From positions 22,322,001-22,386,000 of the forward strand of contig CM119371.1 in NCBI GenBank assembly GCA_051294905.1: a DNA stretch of 64,000 nt, given 5' to 3'. Below are positions 51,559 to 64,000 of the stretch, one piece after another (position 1 is the stretch's first letter; each line of letters begins with the position of its first letter). A program made the translations under genes and the position numbers. Below the pieces are notes generated by a model that was given only the letters and a program-made list of their open reading frames with translations, made no database searches and was not told where the DNA came from. The DNA comes from Botryllus schlosseri. Its lineage: Eukaryota.

Positions 51559-53007
51559 ACCACGACTCCAATAGTATTTCCAATTCACTTCGAAAACTAT
51601 ATATGCCACAGTGACGGTTAAATGACTATCATATAACCATTAAACATATGCAAACATATGATTAACGATGGCATGAAAAATTGTTTCATTGTGGCACAGC
51701 TCGAATTAGTCACTATGCATCAAAGATAGCCTTTCTAAATTTCCATCCTTTTTTTTTATATCTTATCAGTTTTGACAACATGTACTCTCCATAATAACCT
51801 TATATCTATGAATCATTCAAACATGACATATATCCCATCCTGTATATTTAAACTGTGAATAAAACAATCGAAGTGTTGCTCTTTTGTATGAGTCCGCAAC
51901 TGAAACAGAGATGCATCCTACTAATTTTCTCATTACCCACTGTACTGATTACAAGCACACACACTATCACTACTAATAGACATTGGTCATAAACGAAATT
52001 TAGGAAGTAGTCAAATAGCATGTCTAGTCTACATGTACTTAGTCAAGTATTCAAGGACCAGGACTTGCAGTCTTTCTTAATCATTTGTTCGACCCAAGCA
52101 GCTATGCTACACTGCAAATATTTTCAGTTTTGTCAAGTGGTAAGGAGCGTTTGGTTATATTTACATCAATTTTATAACCAGAAGATATATTTGCTCCGTC
52201 ACAATTACAAAAATTGCATCAATTGGTGACTGCATCGCGACGATGCATATTGCTTTTTTCTTTCTCTATACAACTGGAATGCAATTTGCGAAGCAGTTCT
52301 ATCTATGTCAGGGGTGGCCAATCGTTTCGGCCAAAGGGCCACATGATATTTACGAACCACTTGCGTGGGCAACTTGAATGTTGATAACCTTTTTTTAGTC
52401 GCCCTATAGGAACGAACTGAATTAGGTAACATTGAAAACAAGACTCATAGGACTACTACGCTTTAAAATTGATAACAAATATGTCATGAAAGCTCCGTGT
52501 GCAACAGTGCAGTGTGTAGATGTGTCCATGTCCCCCGAAGCATTAAATTTTTTCAAAGGTAATGAATGAATTCGCATATATTGGGGCCTTGCGGGTCGCC
52601 TCTGTTTAGCAATGGGCTCATTTGGCAAGGACGGGATTATTTGGCGTTTTAGACATAGCAATATCGACGGTTTCGGTGAACACGCCTCAGTCATTTTGTG
52701 CAAATGTTTCATCGCTGACAATCTCGTTTCGAGCGCACAAGCACAAGAAGTCAGTAATGACGATGAGAATACCATGGTCTGCGCAATTTGTTGGGAGACG
52801 CCCATGTTTTCAACTCGATTGGAGTCGTTGTTACAGTTTCCGTCGTAACACAACGCGCCTATATGATTGACTTAGATAAGCATCAGACATGCTCCATGCT
52901 ATCAGTCAACTTTACAATGATTGTTAATGATCGAGTTCTTTGATTGTGCTCAAGACTCAATAATTCCGATGCGGGTATCGCCGATGGCATATAGCCCATC
53001 GCACTGC

Positions 53008-53078
53008 GCTTCGATCGTACAGTGGTTAGTACCTCACGTGTGGCCGTGATAACCCAGGTTCGAATCCTGGTCTCAGCA
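53008..53078 (+). pseudogene. tRNA-His pseudogene
   Basis: 1-nt deletion in the anticodon loop and acceptor-stem mismatches. Confidence 0.88.
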
Positions 53079-53811
53079 CTTTTTGTACGACACCGTTCCG
53101 CACGAATTACTTACCACAAACTGACTATAACATTTCTTATCAACTATTTGCTTCGACACAGCTTTTTCTTGTGGTTGAACATGGGACAGTCGAACCTGCG
53201 GAATATTAGAAGAGAACGCAGCTTTCTATCGGAGAGTAGCTCATCTTCGCCTCAACGACATCCGAAAAAGAATATGGTTAATATTCCCGAGCCTCAATGC
53301 AGAGATTGGTGCTTCGGTGCAAAGTGCAGCAACTCAACTGAACTCGGAAATGCTGGCGTGAGTGGAAAAAACTGTGTAGCTTTTATTCTAACTCTAATCC
53401 AATTCGGAAACGCTGAAAATTTCCCAGTTGTCCAAGACTGTATCTTGACCGCACTCGTATATCCAAGAAGGTTCCTTTATTATCACAGCGCAGACAATTA
53501 GTGGTTTTGTGGTGACCACAACTAGTCAATTTAACAGGTTCCAACTGTACTGAAAATAAATACAAACAATAATGGGAGATAAAAAATTAATTTAAGCAGA
53601 CACAGTTTTATTGTAATCGGCTGATTAGCCTGTGCTGCTTTGCTATGGGAAGATATAAGATTCACAGAATTTACAATTCACGAGGATAAAATTGGTGCTC
53701 ACTTCTGCCATCTTACTTTAAAATGAATGTTGCCGATGGCGTCATTTGATTGCGTTTAACTATAATTAATTCCGAGTTATGCCCCGTCGATGGATTAGCC
53801 CATCGCGCTGC

Positions 53812-53883
53812 GCTGTGGACGTATAGTGGTCAGTACCTCACGTTGCGGCCGTGATAAACCAGGTTCGAATCCTGGTCACAGCG
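53812..53883 (+). pseudogene. tRNA-His-derived copy with anticodon GCG (Arg), probably a pseudogene
   Basis: All four stems can still pair. Six substitutions versus consensus, including T8A and anticodon GTG>GCG. Confidence 0.8.
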
Positions 53884-54736
53884 CCTTTTGTGCTACTACT
53901 GCGACGTACTGTGTTATTGCATTTTCTACGAAGATCTTACCAGTGTCCAAAATACTAGTTTTTGTAACTGTTTACTTTGAACAGTTTTTCTGGTCGCAAT
54001 ATGAATGTATATCCATACTTTGGTGGTAGTTTTTAGCGCGAGATATCATGAACTGTACCACCTGACTACGGTTACCATATTCCTCCTCCACTTTCAGGAT
54101 TTTGAAAATGCCCTCCTTTTGGCAATTCGTCCTTATCTACAGCTTTTACAGCTAAGATGATGTATAGATCCTAGTGAAAATGGGCATAAATGACGCTAAA
54201 TAGGAAATTCGTGGTTCTATCGAAAGCGACGACCTTTTTTCAGTTAACACTCCTAATTTTAAGGATAAAGTGTGTGAATCGAGAGTCAACCGATCAAATT
54301 CTCCAGCAGGAATAGCGAAGTCGAATGATTTCAGTTTCGATCAACTAACTTTTATGATTTGGTAAAAGTGTCCTCCTTTCCCAATTCCAAAATATGGTAA
54401 CCCTACCCTTGAGTCGACACGGAATCACGGAGCTGATTACAAACTGACAACTAGAATATTCCTATCTCTTCGACCCGACTTCCAACCGTTTTGCAACGAT
54501 CTAAAATAAAACTCATTCTATTACAGTTCTCCATGTAAGCCAAAACTCGACTCGCTGAGCAGTGTGCAACTTGTGCATAGCCGAATCCTTTGCCATCCAA
54601 AATATTTCTAATCAATGGTATGAATTACCCACTGCGACATGATTACGGACAGTGATATATAATTTTGTTGCTTGATAGTTTGATTAGTAATCCTCTCATC
54701 TCTCGAAGACGTCGGTGAGGTATCACATTGAGTCGC

Positions 54737-54753
54737 GCTGTGATCGTATAGTG
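54737..54753 (+). pseudogene. 5' fragment of tRNA-His cut by a transposon
   Basis: GCTGTGATCGTATAGTG immediately followed by CAGTGGTCGGGAACC. Confidence 0.8.
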
Positions 54754-55009
54754 CAGTGGTCGGGAACCTTTTTTGTCCGAAGAGCCCTATTTTTTCCATC
54801 TCAACTCCCAAAGAGCCATACATGTCAATCAACTGCTACGTCACAATTGAGAATTCATGACGTCATCGTAGCACTAATTCGAACTCACTACATGGGATTC
54901 CCCGTATGCGCCATAATTTCTCTTTAAAATCTGGCATTTATTGTTCGGAAATAAAGATCGAAACGAAAGGTAAAGAACAGACGGGCCAAGCCTCACCCTT
55001 GATAACGCA

Positions 55010-55044
<35 letters not shown>

Positions 55045-56270
55045 TATTTGTCACACCAGTGAAAATCCGGTACGGACCAGGATGACGACGAGGGGCCGCA
55101 AGGCCTTAGTACACAGTCGCCACCTGAAGGAGTATACACATTATATTCAATGGTACAAAACAAATGACAATAAATATACAAAACTACAAGAAAAGCAGAG
55201 AAAAAAAATTCAACAAGGATACATGAGCTATAAATAATACAGTTTCAAGACAGCAGTGCAGAAAAGGGTCAATAGAGTAGATTATACGGTACTTTTCAAC
55301 AATAAGACAGTAGATTGCAAAATCGGCATATTATCAATTATACCTATCTAATATATATTTCCGATAACGTTTTTTAAATAGATGATCGGGCAAATCTCTG
55401 AGGTCTTCTGGTAGAGAGTTCCAGGTAGCGGCACCAATATAATAGAAACTTTTCTGGGAGGACGATTTATCTACACGCGGAAGTAACAAACCATTAGATG
55501 AGGCAGAACGAGTGAAGTGCGAGTGTACTGAGGCAAAAGTAGTGAAATGTTTGTCGAAGAAGGATCTATTATGATGGAAGATATTGTGCATCATTTTTGC
55601 CGTTTCGTATTTTATGACGTCTGTCATTCTCAGAATACCAAGTTTTTTGTATTCTGGCAGCAATCTACGACGAAGACCTACACCACTTAGTGCCCGTATA
55701 GCACTATTTTGGAGAGTGATAATGGGCTTAAGATATGTAGAATGGGTGTGACCCCACACACTGACACAGTATTGTAATTGTGAATGAAAGATTGAAAAAT
55801 ATATCGACCGCAGACCATTACGCGATAACAAATTTTTTAGCCTATGCAAAATACCGGTGGCCCGAGATAATTTAGAGGTGACGAGATAGATGTGATGTTT
55901 CCATGACAACTTGTTGTCTATTTGAATGCCAAGATAACGGACTGATTCAGTAGGAAGGATAGTGCAGTTCCCGAAAGGAATGGAAAAGGTTGGCTGGGTG
56001 CGGATTCGCGGAGGAAGGAAAAGGATGATTTGAGTTTTATCAGGGTTTGTTGTGAGGCGGTTTCTCGTCATCCACGAGTGAATTTTTTTCAGCTCGTGGG
56101 AGACTTGGTACTTCAGTTCTTCTGTGGAGTTTGCGTGTCCAGAAAAACAAGCTTGGAATTTATTATAACTGATAGTAATCGAATGTGACTGTCAAACTGA
56201 TTACGAAAATCTAAATACTTATCGACTTCTAAAAGCATTCGGCGGTAACATAACGTTGCGCTACACGCCT
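54754..56270. mobile_element. Second copy of the tRNA-His-inserted element (left part), interrupted by a LINE
   Basis: Homologous to 19582-20620 on both sides of the LINE. Right TIR not found. Confidence 0.8.
55012..56152 (-). mobile_element. 5'-truncated CR1/L2-type LINE (ORF2 C-terminus, 3'UTR, (TTGA)n tail)
   Basis: ORF 55334-56071 has WM..NRL..NPDKT and VRYLGIQIDNKLSWKHHI, typical of the post-RT region of non-LTR ORF2. AATAAA plus microsatellite tail. Confidence 0.93.
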
Positions 56271-56482
56271 GCATTTCATCGCCGGTACTACGCACCAGAG
56301 TTGGATCAATTGTAATTTGTAATTGAGCTGAATGTAATGAATTGTAATCGTAATTGTAATTGAAGCATTTCTATTTTGTGTAATTGTAATTGTGATTTGA
56401 TCAAAATTTTGCTCAATTACATTCTCAATTAAATTTTCATGGAAACCTGACAATCACAACATAAAATAATCTATTAATTAAT

Positions 56483-56552
56483 CATTTATTCGTCGCACCA
56501 GTGAAAATCCGTTACGAATCAGGATGACGACGAGGGGCCTTAAGGCCTTAGT
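56483..56552 (-). mobile_element. Short 3'-end fragment of the same LINE
   Basis: Matches 55040-55111. Confidence 0.8.
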
Positions 56553-56994
56553 AAACCGGTGTGGGGATCAAGTCACTATCTTCGAGTCACGAGTCAATGC
56601 GAGTCGTTCCACATTTTGACTCAAGTCAAGTCAAGTCAGTCGATTTTCGGAGGTGACTCGTCTCGAGTCGAGTCGAGTCAAATTGCCTTTTCGAGGTATG
56701 AGGCGTGATTACGTCATTGTATTTTGCTAGCTGTCTGAAATATAGATTGAGTGGTCATTGATTTTGAACCAATGAACGAATCTAGAGGTAAATATGCACG
56801 CAAGTATGGCGATGTATCGCTCACGTATAAGTAGAACTAATAAACTACGTATAAGGAATTGCACAGCCTCAGTTTATAGTTACCAGCAAAAATAGAGAAT
56901 GGAGAAACGAATTGATAACCTGCAATACATTACCCTTTTGCAAATTGATATGATGCAATTCGAGCCTCCGCCAATGGTTTAGGACTACATAAAC

Positions 56995-58667
56995 CAGTGG
57001 TTCCCAACCTTTTTCGGTGTCGGGGCCAAATTTAGAATTTCAGAGTACGGTCGGGGCCGCACGAATACCAGGGCAATGAAACGGACCCATAATAGTCATC
57101 AAAATATAAAAATTGGCATTGTTCCGATCAATCGCTCGAAGTCATTGGCCATTGTTATGGTCATTGTGTTGCTGCGCTCCATTGGTCAGAGCAATCGACC
57201 TTTGGTGGCTATTTCGAAGCAGTTTTATTGCTCTGGCGAGATTTCAATTCTTATTTTTGGAATCAGTACGACAGTAGCTTTCATATTATTCGGGTGCTTG
57301 AGTCGTGAGCTGTAGGACTACCAATTATGTTGCTTTCGGGGACATTTAGTGAGTCAGATTTTATCGCCTAAACGCGCTAAGCGCGAAAATTTTCTGTAAT
57401 TCATAATTGAATTGGTCAATATGATCGGAAATCGCATATATAATGCTATAAATTTTTATCCTCTCTCCGCTTACGTAATCAGTTTTACAGGCAGAGTCGA
57501 GGGAGGTGTGTTTGAAAAGGTAGGACCCCTAAATAATAATTAAACATATCCGGGCGTATATCCATTGGCAGGAACGAAAGAGCACTTCGTGAGCCCCCTC
57601 CCATTTAAAAAACTAGAGTGAAAAGCCTACCCCTAACACCTTGTTCGCTTTTACCACGGAATTAGCTATACCGTTAAGTGAGCCAGCGCCAAGCGCGAAA
57701 TTTTCGATAATTTATGATAAAATCGGTCAATATTATTGGAAATTGCATATATATTGCTATCAATTTCTTGTCCTAGCTGCTCACGTAATCATATTTACCG
57801 GTAGAGCTAAGTGAGGTGTCTTGGACACTGTAGAACCCGTTGATATGACCCCGTAACATGATGTTAGTTCGTAACCTCCTGTCTGCCATATCAAAAAATA
57901 TAGAATAGCGAAACCGTATAGGCTACTAAACTAAGAGACGCACACTATTTCAAATTGGTATTTCTTCACCGGAATATAATTTGTTCCTGCGGGATGATAT
58001 GTGTCTTGTGAGGCTCAGATTGCCGAGAAAGTATTTTGTATATATAACGAAGCTTCGGTCAGCATAAGGGCAGTCCTTTACACCCAAGGTTCCTCGTTGC
58101 CAATCGTTCTGAAACACTTCTTGGAGTTGCATGCTACATGGCGTAAAACTTAATATGTCTTGGTGCGTCGTGGCGCGGTAATGGCAAACGCCGATATGCC
58201 CATTTCGATAAATATATTTTTTGGGGGGGATGAGTACTCAAAAGTCAAGATATTTGGCCGCATGAAATCACGCCTAGAGTGAAAAGATTCACAAATTTTC
58301 AAAAAATACTCTATAATTTATGCTTATTCACGAAATAATTTTGAGCCCCCTTCAAACTACCCCCCACCCCAATTGTAGGGTGTGGCGTGCCGCAGTTATG
58401 GTCCTGTCTATACCTATATCTGTAGCTACTGCCCGTTACACTTGAAAGTTAGGGCACGTTGCATTGAAATAGCAGCGACGTGACGTCTACTCACGACTTT
58501 CCTGCAATCCTAATTAAAAACTTCAGACTCCAGGCCAAGTACGTGCATTTTATAAATAAATTTTTTTATTTTTCGTCAATATGCGATTTCTTAATATTTT
58601 GTGGGGGCCGCAAGAAGGCTATCTGCGGGCCGCATGCGGCCCTCGGGGCCGCGGTTGGGAATCACTG
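56995..58667. mobile_element. hAT-type composite MITE
   Basis: TIRs CAGTGGTTCCCAACC/GGTTGGGAATCACTG, TSD acataaac/atataaac. Confidence 0.85.
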
Positions 58668-59601
58668 ATATAAACTATTTGCGAATTCAATTTCAATAAA
58701 ACAAGAGGCTTGGTTAAGTTAAGAACACAGAACAAAAATAGACATTTTGCTATTAAATTACTTAACTACACTATAGTTTACGTTAGTTTACGACAACGTA
58801 TGCTGTCAGCTTCGATCACTTCGTTTGCGATCAATATATTTGTGCGAGAACAATGGAGGCTCAGTAAAACGCACGATCATTGAATGATTGGTCGCTCTCA
58901 CGAGTTACACCAGCATTGCGCGAACAATCCGAACATATGTAAGATACATTGATTTTTATCGACACCGATTGCTTGATGACTTGAAATTGACTCGTGAATT
59001 TTGCGAATAAACTCTTCTAAAACCTGTGCTGAACCATTTCCTACACCACGGTCAAAGATATTTTTAAATCTCTGACCAGTACCGAGACAATAGCATAAAA
59101 AATTCAATTTTCCAACCAGGGCTTCATCAAACTTGATCACGCATTTGTAGAAATGTTATCCCAATCTTACCTCCAATCTTGGCCAAATTTACTGGGGCCA
59201 GAAACTTTTCGCACCCTAATGTTCATCAAATGCAATCCAACAGTTTCCGAGCAAGTGAAAATGTAAATGCGAACCAAAATATTGTAATTCTTAGTTATCA
59301 GGAGGTTCTTTCCTTTTGCATTTATTTTAATTTTACGCACCTTATCGGTATCATCCTTATCGCTGACGCCTTACCAATTACATTTCATGATCCAGACTCA
59401 GCTCTGAGTATAGCCTAATCGTTTGGTTACATTTCATTGACTGTCCTGCAGCCTATTCGCTGTTATTCGCTCAGACCTTTGGCTCTTAACAGTCGCTTGA
59501 AACATTTTTCTGTGCTTATAGTTTTTAGTTTGTTTGATTGTGTTGAAGAGAACTTAACTCAGCAGTGAGTTCCGTCGATGGCACATGGCCCATCGCGCTG
59601 C

Positions 59602-59654
59602 GCTCTGATCGTATAGTGGTTAGTACCTCACGTTGTGGCCGTGATAACCCAGGT
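59602..59654 (+). pseudogene. 3'-truncated tRNA-His
   Basis: Matches consensus up to the T stem, then joins spacer sequence found ~250 bp downstream of the 25396 copy. Confidence 0.88.
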
Positions 59655-60381
59655 AAATTTCGTAATGATCAGAAAAAGGGCGTTCCATGATGACGCCACA
59701 CGTATGCCATGCCCCATACCGCCTAGCTGTGTATACTGCTGTTTGGTCGCCCATTAGGACCAGATGCGCCGCCCTTTGGCAGTAGCAGAAAATATTGAAA
59801 TGAGAGCTTAGAAGGTCGAAGTGGAGAAGGGTTCCATGTGAACGCACTTGAACGTGGCTCAGTCGAACCTGTGGAATATGAGAACGTGGTTTCCGTCCTG
59901 GGCGTTGCTCGTCATCGCTCCAGCGGAGTCCGACAAATAATCTAGTTAATATTCCCGAGCCTAGATTGGTGCTTCGGCCACAGTGCAGCAACACAACTGA
60001 ACTAGGAGATGCTGGCGTTAGGTATGGGAAGCGTTATCTTTTTTGTTAAGAAACGGAGATCCCATTCAGTACTCTGAATATCGACATGAATGAATCATTT
60101 TAAACGCGGGTATGCGGCAGAAGTAACGGATAGTTCTTCGCATCAATCAGTAACAATTAGACCCAACTCTTGCTTTAAAAAAGGTTGGTGATCCCTGCTG
60201 TATAGTTAATATGTATAAGAATATCAGTAGAGAGAAATGTCTCTTGTTGCTTCTATGTATGCCGTTATGAGTTTTACCGACATCATTAGATTAATAACAT
60301 ATTTGATTACATTTTTTTAGCCAGAGATACCACAAGATAGCAATGCAGGGTAAACTGAAAAGACGGCAAGGACTTGAATAT

Positions 60382-60806
60382 TAGTGCGGAGCGGATCGAC
60401 AAATTTTCAGGTCCGGCTCCGACCCGGTTGTTCAATTATCTGGTCCGGCTTCGATTCGGCTCCGGCTGTACCAGGAAAAAGTAGTGTTCCGGCTCCGGCC
60501 AAAAATGTTAAAGTCCGGCCAGAAATCCGGTACTACACGGTACGGGGGTTCCGTGAATTTGTAAATATGCCTCGTTTATTTTCGCACTGGCTTGGCGGTT
60601 ACTTGTGTGTGGTTGGTTGGTAGTTATTTAGTTATAAAAGTCATGCTTATCCATAAAGATTCTGGCCACATCAAAAGGGTTGTGATCCGGCTGCTATCCG
60701 GCTCAGGCCTTAACTAAAAATACCGATCCGGCTCCAATCCGATCGGGCCAAAATTTTAAAAATCCGTCCGGATATTCAATTCGGCTTCAGTCTATGCTCC
60801 GCACTA
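60382..60806. mobile_element. hAT-type MITE with TCCGG-rich subterminal repeats
   Basis: TIR TAGTGCGGAGC/GCTCCGCACTA, perfect TSD ttgaatat. Confidence 0.9.
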
Positions 60807-63766
60807 TTGAATATACTCTTAACCACCGGTTCTCAACCGGGGGTCCGCGAAGGATTTTAAGGAGGTCCGCGAAGATTCAAATTATTTGATAACCTAATTT
60901 GTATTTTTATTTATTCGCAAAATCGCGAGGCAGCTTCGCTTCATTAGTTGTAAATCTCCCATGCTCACATCAGCAGGATGGCCGTCTGAGATGAAATATC
61001 TTAATGCGCAGACTCATTTTATTAGCTAAATTGCCAATAGCCTATTGGTACATACATTTTGCTGGTTAGAGATTTTTTGTTGGGGATTGTGGGAAAGAAA
61101 AGTTGCATGAGTAAGGTCAATTGCGGTGACTTAGAAATGTTAACAAAAATCAATTTTGTCCTGTGATACATAACCATTCTTTTCATTATAACTTCAAGAT
61201 AAGCTGCTAGATAAAATTCACCATGCTTGACGTTATATATTCAATAAAATATTCTTTGTCAATTTTGGTACCATATTTGTTGCATTCATACCCAAATGTG
61301 TTGTCGGACGCGCCCCGCGTTTTTATTACATTCGCCACCATCTATATTTGTGGAAATGGATTTTCGGCACTCATTCATGTCAAATCGAAGCCGCAGATTT
61401 CAAGACACAGCCACTTTTTTTCAAGAAATACAGTTGGAGAATTCGCTTTGAAATGATAGAAGTCAACCCAGTTTCTACATGATTAGTATGATCTTATTTT
61501 CAAGAAAAGTCATTTTGTTGCTGTTTATCACTAAGGCTATAGTTATCATTAGCACAAGACATATGACGATTGCACGATACTTCAGCTAAATTAGAACTAA
61601 AACTTCCAGTGCACAGCTTTTAAGCTGCCGACTTTTAACGATTTTCATCCAAACATGGTGTGAGCGGTTAGTATATACATTTAAAATTTAAATATTGAGT
61701 AAAGAATAGCGAAATTAAGATTGTTGCCGGTGTCAAGTGCGACTGTAGGAAAATAAGACAAAGTGAACATAAAATTCGGGGAAAATTTTTCTCGAATTGC
61801 ATAATTTCCTTGCTATGTGCCAGAAAAAAAATGTAATTACGTGCAACTTTCTCGCGATTCTAGGGCAAAGTTGCCCTTGTAATTACTTACGCAATGACGA
61901 TACCATAACACAAGAGTAATTATTCCCACATATTACACCGATGATGGGATTGTTTTACCTCACAATAACAACAATAACAGCAACAACCAAAGAATATGTT
62001 ATAAATAACGACCATGTTATCAAGGTTCTGCAGCATGTTGCATCAACTCAATAATGCGCGGCTCGGAATCGCTATGCTTGCAATATAGGTGAAAATGCTC
62101 AACATCTCTAGCAATAAGGAGCCGCTAGAATCGCCAATAATTAACTCACAGCATTGCCAGAAAATACGATACCGGAATATGCACGGTCGAAAAAAATACC
62201 CACGTATCTATTTTTAAGTAGCATTGACTTTATATTTATGTATGTATAGTAGCGTATTTATGCATGTATATTTATGGTCGCATAAAGTGTACTGTGCACA
62301 GTTGAACTTTTCACCCCAGCTATACTGTAATTGTGATGTCATCACTTGCGATACTCGAATACTCGACTCGACACATGATGCTAGGTTCAGAATCGAATCA
62401 TTCAGGTACTAGATTTCCACCAACCCTGATGTCCAGTTAAATCGCAATCAACCATAACACTAGCTTCTTCATTGGTGTATCGTGAGTATTCATGGTGATT
62501 TCTGGAGTGACGAATGGAAGCTAAAAACTATGCCGGGATACATGGTTTTCCCATAATACTTCACATTCACGCATCTCTCCAGAATACAACATGACAACAA
62601 AAAATCAATAAAATCTGCAAGATGGAATGAAAGTCAAAATTTAGGGGGTGAAAGCGAGACTTGACTCGCACTGATTTGAATCAGCATAATGTAAATCGTA
62701 ACCACAGGTTTTGTCGTACCGCACTAGTTAGCAGCAGGGAACCCAACCCTGATATGTTCATCGTTATACCCACCCTCATCTACACGCCAGTACATGCAGG
62801 TTCTCGATCTGAAGACGCTGAATGCGTTATCGGCGCGGTTAATTTTGGTATGCGATGTTGTTAGCTATAGAAGTGGCGAATTTTTCACTCGAATGCAGTA
62901 GCTTCCGCCTTCGCATCAAAATCGAACCTCCCCCATGCGAGCGTTGCTGTATTCTGCGGGGATAGATGCAATAAGGTTGCTGAGTTCTCCCCCACTACAT
63001 AAACAGATTCTATCTGAATTCAACTGAAAGTTACGAGGGATGACAAAACAAAGGGTGTACGCAAACCAAACAAATATTCAGGGTCATCGCACAAAAAAGT
63101 TCGAGAACTTCTTGACCTAGGCCGGGGGTATCATAAAATCAACTGATGGTGCATTATTATCTTCGTATCGCCAAATCAAGTCCCTCACTCTTTGATAAAA
63201 CTGCGCTGTGTTTGAAAATTACTTTTCAAAGGTCTAAGATGTTTTAACTGTTTCTGAATCATTTTTTCCGCTGAACTCAGAAATGAAACCAGTTATTTTT
63301 TCTTGTCAGCATGAATGTGTGAAGTGTGAAATGAAAACGAAGTGTTCAAAAAAGCTTAAAAAAGATAGCGTCGCGTTGAATATGATGATATTAAGACCAT
63401 AAATACAACAGCATTATAAGAAGGAAATTATTTATGCTGACAAAAATGTCGCTTCAAAGATTTTCCGCCATGTGTGAAGTTATGTGGATCTCCCTTTAAG
63501 CACCAACGGTAATCTACAGGGGAATTAAATTAGCTGGAACTTGAAGGTTGGGCCATCTTTATCAAGTGCTCAGGTATAGTGTTTTATGAGACCAAGTTTA
63601 ATGTGGAGAGGTGACAAAAGAATATCTTGCGGATCAACTAAGTAATCAGATAGGACAGTTTTAAAACCGAATTGTAGAATATGCCCAAAGCTGATATTAT
63701 TCCTTAAACATCTTCACAGTATACTATAGGGAATGGTCTTCGTAATAATTGAAATATTTTCTAAAC

Positions 63767-64000
63767 CAGTGGTTCCCAACCTTTTTCGACTCATCGCCCC
63801 CTTTTCACGCTCTACACCGATCATCGTGCCCCAAATTTTGTGAACCGAAAAATGGGCATACACTCTCTAATCACCGGCGGGTTGACTGAAAAAAGGTCAA
63901 CTTTTCGGCTCGAATTCGAACTTAAACAGTTTTGCAGCTATAATTTGGCGAAAAAAAGGTGATTTGTCCGACTTGACTCCAATACTGCCATTGCGCCATC
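63767..64000. mobile_element. Left part of a hAT-type MITE (runs off the window; related to ~29440-29636)
   Basis: CAGTGGTTCCCAACC start and shared AAAAAAGGTGATTTGTCCGACTTGACTCCAATA. Confidence 0.7.

Larger units (their letters stand above)
52745..54753 (+). repeat. Direct segmental duplicate of ~22630-24753 (tRNA-His cluster unit)
   Basis: Collinear spacers, tRNA slots and embedded MITE. Confidence 0.9.

Overview
Eukaryotic, intron-rich and very repeat-rich animal genomic DNA. It looks invertebrate-chordate/tunicate-like, but that is an inference from tensin divergence and MITE content. Four main components are present. (1) 2.3-17.4 kb: the 3' part of a tensin gene on the + strand, with about 17 exons assembled by hand into one frame, ending in SH2 and PTB domains. 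One intron needs a GC donor. (2) 19.5-27 kb and 53-59.7 kb: a duplicated, decaying tRNA-His(GUG) cluster. Two copies are interrupted at the identical nucleotide by the same TIR element, and one copy has an anticodon changed to GCG. (3) 33.1-44.0 kb: a putative 6-exon gene of about 384-400 aa with no family I can recognise. (4) Many nested non-autonomous hAT-type elements with 8-bp TSDs, two tRNA-derived SINE families, a 5'-truncated CR1/L2-type LINE, and a 16-bp satellite embedded in a MITE. Most ORFs in the supplied track are spurious. No prokaryotic systems or CRISPR arrays were found. All calls were made by eye; no searches were run.
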